Of a stretch of DNA of 64,000 nucleotides, positions 19,628 through 28,081 are shown piece by piece (position 1 is the stretch's first letter; each line of letters starts with the position of its first letter). Origin of the DNA: Planctomycetota bacterium. Its GTDB lineage: Bacteria; Planctomycetota; GCA-002687715; DRQF01. Location of the stretch: contig JAZGFI010000103.1 of assembly GCA_036479435.1 (NCBI GenBank), positions 128,022 through 192,021 on the forward strand. The letters run 5' to 3'. Under the pieces are notes generated by a model, which saw only the letters and a program-made list of their open reading frames with translations, was not told the DNA's origin and searched no databases. A program made the translations under genes and the position numbers.

Positions 19628-20640
19628 AAATTGGAATTGTGGAACCAGCCCTCGCCAGCCCGGCACGAGGGAACACCGTTAGCGTCAAGCGCTGGCGCAC
19701 TTGCCTTGAGAGGCGCGGGAAGTCGGTGCGCGTACTGTCGCCCGACGAACTTTCGCTCAAAGACGCTCTTCAGGGCTTGGATGTGCTGCACGCCCATCAC
19801 GCGATCCGGACCGGCCCTCACGCGGCCAAAGCGGCGGAGAAAGCGGGTATCCCCTGGGTGCTGAGCATCGGAGGCACAGACCTCGCCCTGGACGAGAACG
19901 GCAAACTCGATCCCAGGGCCGCCGACTCATTTTCTTCGGCACAACTCGTGATGGGCCCGAATTGGGCGGACGCGGAACGCCTCAATGCCTTCCTCGACAG
20001 CGGGGTCGCTTTTCAACGAGTGCGACGCGGAGTTGTGGTTCCACCGCGTGCTCTAGGGGTTCGGCCCCATGGATTGCGCGGCCTTTTGGCCGGCGGCATA
20101 CGCGAGGTCAAAGGCCAAGACATCGCCCTCGATTGGTTCGATGCGATGGACGCCAAGGACACCTGCCAGCAACTCAATCTCGAACTGTTATTCGCAGGTC
20201 CGGTGATCGAAGAGGACTACGCCACCACGTTCTCACGCCGCATTGAAAGACGCAATCGCCTCGCCTGGCTGGGCTCGGTCGAGGCCTCCAGAATGCCAAG
20301 GACTTTTGCCCGCTCTGATTTCCTTCTCAATAGTTCCCGGCTTGAGGGCGGCTCGAACGCAATCCTTGAGGCTTGGGCTCACGGTCGACCCGTCGTCGCG
20401 AAAAGATCTCCGGGCAATGTCGAGATGCTGGAATCGGCGCCACCTTCTATCGCCCATTTAGTCGCCGACAGACCTGAAGCCATGGATGCCCTTTTTGAGT
20501 GGCTGCAACGACTTGCCGCGGCGGACAGCAAAGAACGTCAACGCCGAGCCCGCCTCGCGCGCGACTACGTCTCCTTACACCACGATTCCGAGGTCGAAAC
20601 CGACGAATTACTTCGCGCCTACGAACGCGCGCGTTCTTGA
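19624..20640 (+). CDS. glycosyltransferase family 4 (GT-B)
   Basis: EX7E motif region SRLEGGSNAILEAWAHGRPVV; start ATG overlaps the upstream stop (ATGA). Confidence 0.75.
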   Translation: MKIGIVEPALASPARGNTVSVKRWRTCLERRGKSVRVLSPDELSLKDALQGLDVLHAHHAIRTGPHAAKAAEKAGIPWVLSIGGTDLALDENGKLDPRAADSFSSAQLVMGPNWADAERLNAFLDSGVAFQRVRRGVVVPPRALGVRPHGLRGLLAGGIREVKGQDIALDWFDAMDAKDTCQQLNLELLFAGPVIEEDYATTFSRRIERRNRLAWLGSVEASRMPRTFARSDFLLNSSRLEGGSNAILEAWAHGRPVVAKRSPGNVEMLESAPPSIAHLVADRPEAMDALFEWLQRLAAADSKERQRRARLARDYVSLHHDSEVETDELLRAYERARS

Positions 20641-20716
20641 CAGCATTACCCAATTCCACACTTGGTCCGCTAGCTGAAAAAGCGCCGGGCCTGCCGCGAC
20701 TTGCGAGAACAATAGT

Positions 20717-20983
20717 TTGAAATCCCCTGAAAAAGTCACGTTGACGTTATCGCGCCTTGATCGTGTGCTACTCCAAGCTCACGGCTACCCTTTCTCAGAG
20801 GTTGAGGCTGAGCTTAGTGGCGTGCCCGCCACAGTAGACTTAGCCGAGCTTGCTTTTGAAAGATTCGATATCGAACAGATGCTCGGCGACCTCGCGTGGT
20901 CGATCAACCACTGCAGCAACCGAGACTTGCAGGAACGACTGGATGAACTCTACGAGTGTATTGAGCTGGATTCATCTCGTTAG
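20717..20983 (+). CDS. hypothetical protein (88 aa)
   Basis: ORF lying between two operon genes, 22 nt upstream of the next ORF; no recognised motif; local GC slightly lower. Confidence 0.45.
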   Translation: MKSPEKVTLTLSRLDRVLLQAHGYPFSEVEAELSGVPATVDLAELAFERFDIEQMLGDLAWSINHCSNRDLQERLDELYECIELDSSR

Positions 20984-21005
20984 GCACTAGACCGGACCCA
21001 CGCGC

Positions 21006-22511
21006 ATGGCCACCAATCGCTATTGTGAAAAACTTGGTATCAAGGTCCCTCGACTAGAGGAGGTCATCGGCCATCGCGAGGCCAACATCTTTTCACTCAT
21101 GATGGTGACTTTGATGGAGCGAGGGCATTCCATGTCGCTCGATCAAATTGCAGAGCGCTTCGAAGAAGTTGGGTTTAGGCCAAGGGCCCAGGCCCTTGCA
21201 TCTCTCAAGCGTTGTCGCCCCAATCGCGATCCCATCTTTCGCGACGGCGATCTGTACGCGCTCGACCCCAACAGCCACGAGGCTGACCTGTGGGCTTTTC
21301 GCCTCGGGCTGAGGCCGCCGCGAGCCGTGCTAAAGCTCGTCAGAGAGCCGGATTCGCCACTACCCAATTCCGACACGGCTCTAGGCATGGACGAGTTGAA
21401 AGAGTGCTGGACCGCGATCAGCCTTTGTAACGGTTGGTCAACCAGACGGATTATCCTCGCGGTACTCGACGCAAGACAGGCCCCGATGCTTCCGGCGGAG
21501 ATTAGCGCTTGCGTCGCCAGCTGGACTTCCCATTTTCGCCTCGGGTTCGAAGATGCTCATTTCGAGCGTCGCGGTTCTCCCATTCATGAAGCTGAAGATG
21601 GGCGCCTCGAGGTTTCAGACCCAACGGCTCTCATCCCCGTCCGGTTGGCAGTTCGAGCCCGCATCAAAAAGATGCGGGCCTTCCATCCTCGCCGCAATGA
21701 TGAAGCTCACTATCGAGTCCAGGCCGAAATCGCCAAGAAACGCCAAGAGCGTGAAATCGATGAACTAGCTTCGCTTCGGCGCGTCTTTCTTCATGCCTAC
21801 CCAATGAAGAATCCAGAAATCGCGATACTCATCGACGCGACAAACCCCACCATCAGATCTTTCCTAGCTTCGGATTTCGCAAGCCTTCGCTCCGCGTTGT
21901 CTGGCTATGATTTAATCGCTGCGGTCAAAGTTCGCGAAACACTAAGCAAACTCGGGTTTGATTTTCAGGACAAAAGGCTGTCCGAACTCAGTCCACCGCA
22001 AAAATCGATGGTGGTGGGAACTCGTGGGCACATCCTAAAGATAACACTGGAGATGCTCATTCAATCGTCTTGCCGCATCCGCCGGCCTCTTAGTGACCCC
22101 AAGAAGTTGAAAGAGCATCTAGGTAAGAGGCAGCTTGACCAGCTCCTGCGCCGCCTTGAATCCGACGCTAAGTCCATTTTTTCCTATTTTCAGTATGGCC
22201 GTCTCCACGGGGTCGTCTTGGTTCGCAAAGGCGCCGTCAACGAAAGTCTGCTGGCACCTTGGCGTCACTTTCTCGAGCCCCATTTCCATCACCTAAAAAA
22301 ACAAGCCTACGACGCGGGGCGACCCCTTGAGGTGGTTTTTGAAACACCCGCATGGGACAAACCTTGGGCCAGCGCGCAGCTTGTCGCCGTCGACAAGATG
22401 GATATGCGAGGAGACTCGTATTGGCTTATCGACCAAGACTGGACCATCGTTGATGAATCCGAGATCCAAGCCGCACGTATCACCCCTGAGACGGACCAGC
22501 CATGCAGATAG
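21006..22511 (+). CDS. hypothetical protein (501 aa), no recognised domain
   Basis: Long ORF in a co-directional operon, overlapping the downstream hydrolase by 10 nt; no Walker, HxH or other catalytic signature recognised by eye. Confidence 0.6.
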   Translation: MATNRYCEKLGIKVPRLEEVIGHREANIFSLMMVTLMERGHSMSLDQIAERFEEVGFRPRAQALASLKRCRPNRDPIFRDGDLYALDPNSHEADLWAFRLGLRPPRAVLKLVREPDSPLPNSDTALGMDELKECWTAISLCNGWSTRRIILAVLDARQAPMLPAEISACVASWTSHFRLGFEDAHFERRGSPIHEAEDGRLEVSDPTALIPVRLAVRARIKKMRAFHPRRNDEAHYRVQAEIAKKRQEREIDELASLRRVFLHAYPMKNPEIAILIDATNPTIRSFLASDFASLRSALSGYDLIAAVKVRETLSKLGFDFQDKRLSELSPPQKSMVVGTRGHILKITLEMLIQSSCRIRRPLSDPKKLKEHLGKRQLDQLLRRLESDAKSIFSYFQYGRLHGVVLVRKGAVNESLLAPWRHFLEPHFHHLKKQAYDAGRPLEVVFETPAWDKPWASAQLVAVDKMDMRGDSYWLIDQDWTIVDESEIQAARITPETDQPCR

Positions 22512-23452
22512 GCGGACACCTTCGCACCATCTTGCCGACGCTTTGGGCAAATGTCTGGAGCCCTTCGGAACCCTTGGGCACGGTGCCTTGGCGCGGGAGC
22601 GTCGAAGATTCACAACACGGGACTTTGCCCTTGGGAGGCCAGTATCACGATCTTCGCGCCGCCGATTCGCTGGTGGTCATCGTTCACGGCTTGGGCGGCT
22701 CACCCGACAGTTTCTACACCAAAAAAGCTGCCACCGAGGCCGCCCGCGCGGGCTTTAGTTCCCTGCGGCTTGCCCTTCGCGGAGCCGATGGCTTAGCGGC
22801 TGACATCTACCACGCGGGTTTGACCGACGACTTGCTGGCGGCCATCGCCGCTCCGGAGTTCCGGCGCTACCGCTCCGTATTTGTCTTGGGCTACTCGATG
22901 GGTGGCAACCAGACCTTGGTCTTGGCCAGTCAAACCCCTCCCCCTCGATTAGCCGCCGTCGCCGCCGCCTGTGCGCCGGTTGATCTCGGTGCCAGCGGCA
23001 GGCACCTCGATGAGTCGCGCCGCTTCATCTACCGCTATTGGATCTTGCGGAGTTTGAAACAACACTACGCCAGCGTTGAATCGCGACGGAAAATGGCGCT
23101 GCCTTCTTCTGCGGTGAAATCGTTGGGAACTTTTCGGGAGTGGGACGCCCAAACCGTGGTGCCGCGCTTTGGATTCCGCGACGTCGACAGCTACTACGAT
23201 TTCGCCTCGGCAAAAAAACGGCTGGCGGAACTCACCACGCCATCTCTTTTGGTCATGACCGAAGACGATCCCATCGTAGCCGCTGCCGCTTGCCGCCCCG
23301 TCTTGCGTGACATCCCCGAGGCCCTAGACCTCCGCTGGCTGCCCCACGGTGGGCATCTCGGTTTTCCGCGCGGCCTGGACTTAGGCTTTAGCCCGAGGCT
23401 CGGCTTCGAATCTCAGGTGATGGCTTTCTTTGCGCGACACCGAAATGAATGA
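22502..23452 (+). CDS. alpha/beta-fold hydrolase (YheT-like)
   Basis: VVIVHGLGGS oxyanion region, GYSMGGN nucleophile elbow, C-terminal HGGHLGF. Confidence 0.7.
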   Translation: MQIGGHLRTILPTLWANVWSPSEPLGTVPWRGSVEDSQHGTLPLGGQYHDLRAADSLVVIVHGLGGSPDSFYTKKAATEAARAGFSSLRLALRGADGLAADIYHAGLTDDLLAAIAAPEFRRYRSVFVLGYSMGGNQTLVLASQTPPPRLAAVAAACAPVDLGASGRHLDESRRFIYRYWILRSLKQHYASVESRRKMALPSSAVKSLGTFREWDAQTVVPRFGFRDVDSYYDFASAKKRLAELTTPSLLVMTEDDPIVAAAACRPVLRDIPEALDLRWLPHGGHLGFPRGLDLGFSPRLGFESQVMAFFARHRNE

Positions 23453-23461
23453 TCAGCAGAG

Positions 23462-24256
23462 CTAAAGCGGCTTGACCCCTGCGCGCCGCAATAAGTCCGT
23501 TACCATGGCGAAGAATTCCGGCAGGGAACTCTCCCATTTGGCCATTGTGGCTTCGGGTCCCGTCGCTTTGATGAAGTAGCTGCCTCCAGCCGCCTCTACG
23601 ACGCCGCCAATAAGGCGCCACTCCGGTTTGTTGTGGCGTTCTGGGTCGCCGGGGACCACCTGAGCCACAAAACGGCCCTTTACGTCGACAGTCTCCAAGT
23701 CGAAGCCGCTCGACTTTTGCCGCTCACGAGTGACGATCGGCGAAGACTTGGCATCGTCTCGGCCTTCGAGCTGGCCCACCCAGCGATTGATGTTGCTCGC
23801 CGTGGTCCCACCCGCACTCGGAAAATGAAAAATCACGACTTGTCCATCTTCAGTGTCCTTGCCGACCTTGGGAAGCAGGAACTGGGCCACCCGCATGTTG
23901 TTGCTGGGGGTCTCTCCAATCCAACCTTTGGGAGCCGAAAAGGCACCGGACTTGTTGGTCGCCGCGTTCTTGGGCCGGGACGTTGGCTTGGTGGCATTCG
24001 CCAGCGTTGGTCGACTGGTACTTCGATCACCGCCTGGATTCCCGTAGGCCTCCATGACGTCCGACCTTGGCGGCATCTGCGCGGCGGAGCGGCCACTCTT
24101 GGTCGCTCTTGGTACTTTTCCTTGTGGCTGGGATGCCTCGACCCGCGCCGAGTCGTTGTTCTTACTGGTCTCTTTTTCCGCGTTCTTGAAGTAAAAGGCC
24201 ACGACGGCCCCCCCGACGATCATCGCAACCACGGCTACCGCAATCGTTCGCATCAT
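23462..24256 (-). CDS. membrane-anchored hypothetical protein
   Basis: N-terminal TM (IAVAVVAMIVGGAVVAFYF), P/S/T-rich linker, then a C-terminal globular region. Confidence 0.55.
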   Translation of the reverse strand: MMRTIAVAVVAMIVGGAVVAFYFKNAEKETSKNNDSARVEASQPQGKVPRATKSGRSAAQMPPRSDVMEAYGNPGGDRSTSRPTLANATKPTSRPKNAATNKSGAFSAPKGWIGETPSNNMRVAQFLLPKVGKDTEDGQVVIFHFPSAGGTTASNINRWVGQLEGRDDAKSSPIVTRERQKSSGFDLETVDVKGRFVAQVVPGDPERHNKPEWRLIGGVVEAAGGSYFIKATGPEATMAKWESSLPEFFAMVTDLLRRAGVKPL

Positions 24257-24332
24257 GACTAGTTCTCCATTCCAAAGGACCGTTTACGGTAACCTCAGCT
24301 ACATTTTGTAGCAGTCCTGGGCTCTATAGTCT

Positions 24333-24971
24333 ATGGCTTGTGGCGCTAGCGCCAGGCCGCTATTTTCTGCCAAGCCTAATGTGGGAGATGATGGCCTGCT
24401 AAACCTCAAATCTGATACCGACCTAGAGTGGGCGACACGTGCCCTCGCTGGTTTCGACGAAGTTCTCCTGGACCACGCCCACTGCGAAAAGAAGGCCGCA
24501 TCAACGGCCCTCAACTTGATTTTTCGCTACACCCAATTCCCCGAGTTTATGCAACCTTTGTCTGAATTGGCGCGCGAGGAGTTGGCTCACTTTGAACTCG
24601 TCCTCGACCACTTGAACCGCCGCCACATCCCCTTTCGTCGCCAAGACCCCAGCCCCTACGCCGCCGACCTAATGACCTGCATCCGCAAAGAAGAGCCCCA
24701 CAAACTGCTCGATACTTTTTTGTGTTGCTCGCTCATCGAAGCGCGCAGCTGCGAACGCATGCAAATCCTGGCGGAAGTCTTGGAGGACCAAGAGCTAAAG
24801 AATCTCTACAGTGGACTGTTAGCGAGCGAAGCGCGCCACCACTCCACCTACATCAATCTTGCGGCCTGCAAATTTGACCGCGAAGAAGTCATGACGCGCC
24901 TGGCCGAAATTGCCGTGCACGAAGCCGCGGTGATCGCCGCGGCTCCCAAGATCCCCCGATTCCATACCTAA
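24333..24971 (+). CDS. miaE: tRNA-(ms2io6A)-hydroxylase MiaE (ferritin-like diiron)
   Basis: LLDHAHCEKKAASTALNLIFRY and ExxH diiron motifs (EELAHFE, SEARHHS) characteristic of the MiaE family. Confidence 0.75.
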   Translation: MACGASARPLFSAKPNVGDDGLLNLKSDTDLEWATRALAGFDEVLLDHAHCEKKAASTALNLIFRYTQFPEFMQPLSELAREELAHFELVLDHLNRRHIPFRRQDPSPYAADLMTCIRKEEPHKLLDTFLCCSLIEARSCERMQILAEVLEDQELKNLYSGLLASEARHHSTYINLAACKFDREEVMTRLAEIAVHEAAVIAAAPKIPRFHT

Positions 24972-26503
24972 TCGCAATTGACGGGAACTGGCATGCGCCC
25001 GGCCGCGGCGAGATCTCCGGCTAAGCAGTCCACCATCGCTTCAAGCTGATCCTGCCGGAATCCGAAAGTCGTCAGCGATGTGATGCCGTTAGGTGTTAAG
25101 GACTGATCGCAGGGATTTCGGAGGTGAACGACGATGAGTTTCTCGCCGAACTCAACGCAGGCTCGCTTCAAGAATTCTTGGGCTTGCGGCTGAGTCATGA
25201 ATCCCCAGGTCAACAACAGCACTCGGTCTGCGGCCCTAGCGTCGACGGCGAAGGCGTTCCACAGCTCAAGCGAGCGACTCGGCGTCCCTGCGTCAAATTC
25301 AAGCAAGTGAACGGCGACGTCTTCAAACCCACCCTTTTGAAAAAGTTCGCCCAGTTGAGTTTTCCATTGCTGCGGTCCCTTGTCTTCAACCTTAACCAGT
25401 GCAGGTGTTGGCGGGGACACCACGAGGAGTTTGGCGTTGCGTTCGATAGGCAATAGCCCACGAGAGTCGCCAAAGCAATGAAGGGCACTACGGGCGATCT
25501 CGCGCGCCACGGCGTCGCCATGGGTCGTGCCAATCGGCCCGACTGAACACCGTTCACGATTTGCCATTGCCGCGATTCGAGAGAGGCTCTCTTGGTGCTC
25601 TTCAGAATCCAACACGCCCGATGCAAGCGCTCGCTCAAGTCGCTCCGCAGCGGCCAACTGGCGATCGGCGCGATGACAAATCGGTATGAGATCGTGGCCC
25701 GCCTGAGCTGCCGCCAGCGAAGCCTCAGCCACGCCCCAATGTTTGACAATGGCGCCCATCTCCATGCAATCGGCCAGGGTCAGGCCAGTGAAGCCGATCT
25801 GTTCGCGCAGGATCTGGGTTATCACCCTTCGAGACATCGTGGCGGGTCGGTCGGGATCAAGCCCCTTCACCACGATGTGCGTACTCATCACCGCCGTGGT
25901 GGCGGGGTCACAGGTCTTGAGTACCTCGCTGAACATCTCCACATGAGGGTGCCAGAAACTGTCAAGGTCGTCGCTGAGCACCGGGAGGTCTAAATGTGCG
26001 TCGATACCAGCGGCCCCTTTGCCGGGAAAATGTTTCAGGCAACAAGAGATGCCGGCCTCGGCGTGGCCCAAGACGTAGGCCTTCGCCAAGAGCAACGCGG
26101 CCTCTAGTTGTGAACCAAAGGACCGAATGCCGATCCCAGGGTTTTTGGGATTAGTCTGAAGATCGATGACGGGGGCCAGGTTGAGATCGAAGCCGAGAGC
26201 TCTCAGCTGGCGACCCGACCACAGTCCTTGCTCATAAGCGAGCTTAGGATCAGCGGCGGCCCCCAAAGCCATGTTGCCGGGGAAGACCGTGATCCCCTGC
26301 GTCAAACGTAATACCGCCCCACCCTCTTGATCGACGGCGATGATGAGGGGCCAATCAACGGGGTCTCTTATCGCTGTGATCAAGTCGTAGGCTTGCGCGG
26401 CGTGAACTAAGTTGCGGGAGAACAGGATGACCGAACCCGCCCCGGTACGTCGCAAGGTTTCGATGAAAGATGCCGACGGTTCCAAGCCGTCGAAACCGAT
26501 CAT
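24968..26503 (-). CDS. glycoside hydrolase family 3 (NagZ-like beta-N-acetylhexosaminidase) with C-terminal domain
   Basis: IAVDQEGG, KHFPGKG, catalytic D in VIDL; start moved to the internal ATG (MIGFDGLEP) to remove the overlap with the upstream transporter. Confidence 0.85.
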   Translation of the reverse strand: MIGFDGLEPSASFIETLRRTGAGSVILFSRNLVHAAQAYDLITAIRDPVDWPLIIAVDQEGGAVLRLTQGITVFPGNMALGAAADPKLAYEQGLWSGRQLRALGFDLNLAPVIDLQTNPKNPGIGIRSFGSQLEAALLLAKAYVLGHAEAGISCCLKHFPGKGAAGIDAHLDLPVLSDDLDSFWHPHVEMFSEVLKTCDPATTAVMSTHIVVKGLDPDRPATMSRRVITQILREQIGFTGLTLADCMEMGAIVKHWGVAEASLAAAQAGHDLIPICHRADRQLAAAERLERALASGVLDSEEHQESLSRIAAMANRERCSVGPIGTTHGDAVAREIARSALHCFGDSRGLLPIERNAKLLVVSPPTPALVKVEDKGPQQWKTQLGELFQKGGFEDVAVHLLEFDAGTPSRSLELWNAFAVDARAADRVLLLTWGFMTQPQAQEFLKRACVEFGEKLIVVHLRNPCDQSLTPNGITSLTTFGFRQDQLEAMVDCLAGDLAAAGRMPVPVNCD

Positions 26504-26519
26504 CAGGCGGCGACCCGCC

Positions 26520-28070
26520 TTAGTGCTCAAGCGGTGGCCTCCTGGGGTCCGCGGGAAACGCCGCCGCGACGGCGAAGGCAAAGGCACAACCTAAAAGGCT
26601 GTTCCAAGTCCACGCGAAGGGAGGTGCGGAGGAGAAAAAACTCGACCAAAACTCTACGAAAAGCAGCCCAGAGATCCCGCCCAGCAAGGCAACGACGTTG
26701 CCGAGGTCACGGCCCCGTTTGGTCAAGACTCCGACCAAAAACACTCCCAAGAGCGGTGGGAAGATCCAAGTCAGAACTTTGAGTCCCAACATCAACACGC
26801 CGAAGCCTTCACGTTCCCCTCCCGAACCTTGTGAGAGCCACACGAAAAAGGCAACCGCTGACAAGAGCAGCCCGAAAAAGATCGACATCCAACGCGAAAC
26901 CTTGAGGTAGTAAGCCTCGTTGCGCCCCGGCGCCAAATAGGGCTTCCAAAGGGAGGTCACACCCGTTGCGGCGAGCGCGGTGATCGCCGAATCCAAACTC
27001 GACATCGCGGCGGCAAAGATCGCCGCCACGATCAGACCTCTGATTCCAGCGGGTAAAGTGTCAACGACATAAAAGGGGAAGAGGTAATCAAATCCCTTCT
27101 CGGGATTGCTCTCTCCGGCGCGCTCCGCCAGTCCCGCTGCGGCCGAAGCTGCGCCCTCGTCCCCACCGAAGTGAATCCACAACATCGACCCAATGGCCAA
27201 GAAAATCGTGACGACAGGCAGTGCGAGCACCGCGCTCAACCACAAACTACGGCGCCCATCCTTTTCGCTTTTGCAGGTCAAAGCGCGCTGAATCATGTCC
27301 TGATCGGTGCCGTGCGTGGCCATGGTCAAAAACATCGACCCAATGATTCCCGCCCAAAGCGTGTAGCTCTCTCGAGGATCGAGGGAGAAGTTGAGTACGC
27401 GCAGTTTTGATTCGCCCGCGCTGCTCTTGGCTTCGCGGAGCTTTTCGTAAGCCTCCACGAACTCAAATCCGCCCTCGGAAAAGAGATACCAAAGGGCGAC
27501 CAGGGCGCCGCCCACCAAAAGGACTCCCTGTACGATATCTGTCCAAATCACGGCCCGGATACCACCGCCGATGGTGTAGAGCACTGCGACCACGGCGATC
27601 AAGGCAATGGCGAGGGGAAAGTCAAGGTCCGCTACGACCACCAAGGCGATCGCCGCCCCGTAGAGTCTCACTCCGCTTCCGAGTGACCGGCCGACAAAGA
27701 ACAGAAAGCTGGCGAGATTTCTCGACCAGGGGCCGAAGCGCTGTTCCAAAAACCCGTAGACCGTCACGACGTTCGCGCGGTAGTAGGCGCCGATCAAGAT
27801 CCCCGCCACCGCAAAGCGAGCCAAGACTGAGCCCAAAGCTAATTGAAGATAGGTCCAGTCGCCGCGCAGAGACTGAACCGGCGCCCCGATGAAAGTAAGC
27901 GCACTGGTTTCAGTGGCGATGATCGACAAACCGGCGGCCCAAAAGGGAATCTGCCGTCCGCCTAGAAAGTAGTCGTTAGTATTTTTTTGGCCGCGGCCAA
28001 ACCAAAGGCCAACGGCGGAGACGAGCGCCAGGTAGGAGCCGATTACAAAGTAGTCTAGGGGACTGAGCAC
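26520..28070 (-). CDS. sodium:solute symporter family transporter
   Basis: 516 aa, ~13 TM segments, SSF signature region (GGRQIPFWAAGLSIIATETSALTFIG). Confidence 0.85.
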   Translation of the reverse strand: MLSPLDYFVIGSYLALVSAVGLWFGRGQKNTNDYFLGGRQIPFWAAGLSIIATETSALTFIGAPVQSLRGDWTYLQLALGSVLARFAVAGILIGAYYRANVVTVYGFLEQRFGPWSRNLASFLFFVGRSLGSGVRLYGAAIALVVVADLDFPLAIALIAVVAVLYTIGGGIRAVIWTDIVQGVLLVGGALVALWYLFSEGGFEFVEAYEKLREAKSSAGESKLRVLNFSLDPRESYTLWAGIIGSMFLTMATHGTDQDMIQRALTCKSEKDGRRSLWLSAVLALPVVTIFLAIGSMLWIHFGGDEGAASAAAGLAERAGESNPEKGFDYLFPFYVVDTLPAGIRGLIVAAIFAAAMSSLDSAITALAATGVTSLWKPYLAPGRNEAYYLKVSRWMSIFFGLLLSAVAFFVWLSQGSGGEREGFGVLMLGLKVLTWIFPPLLGVFLVGVLTKRGRDLGNVVALLGGISGLLFVEFWSSFFSSAPPFAWTWNSLLGCAFAFAVAAAFPADPRRPPLEH

Positions 28071-28081
28071 CTGCGTTCAGT

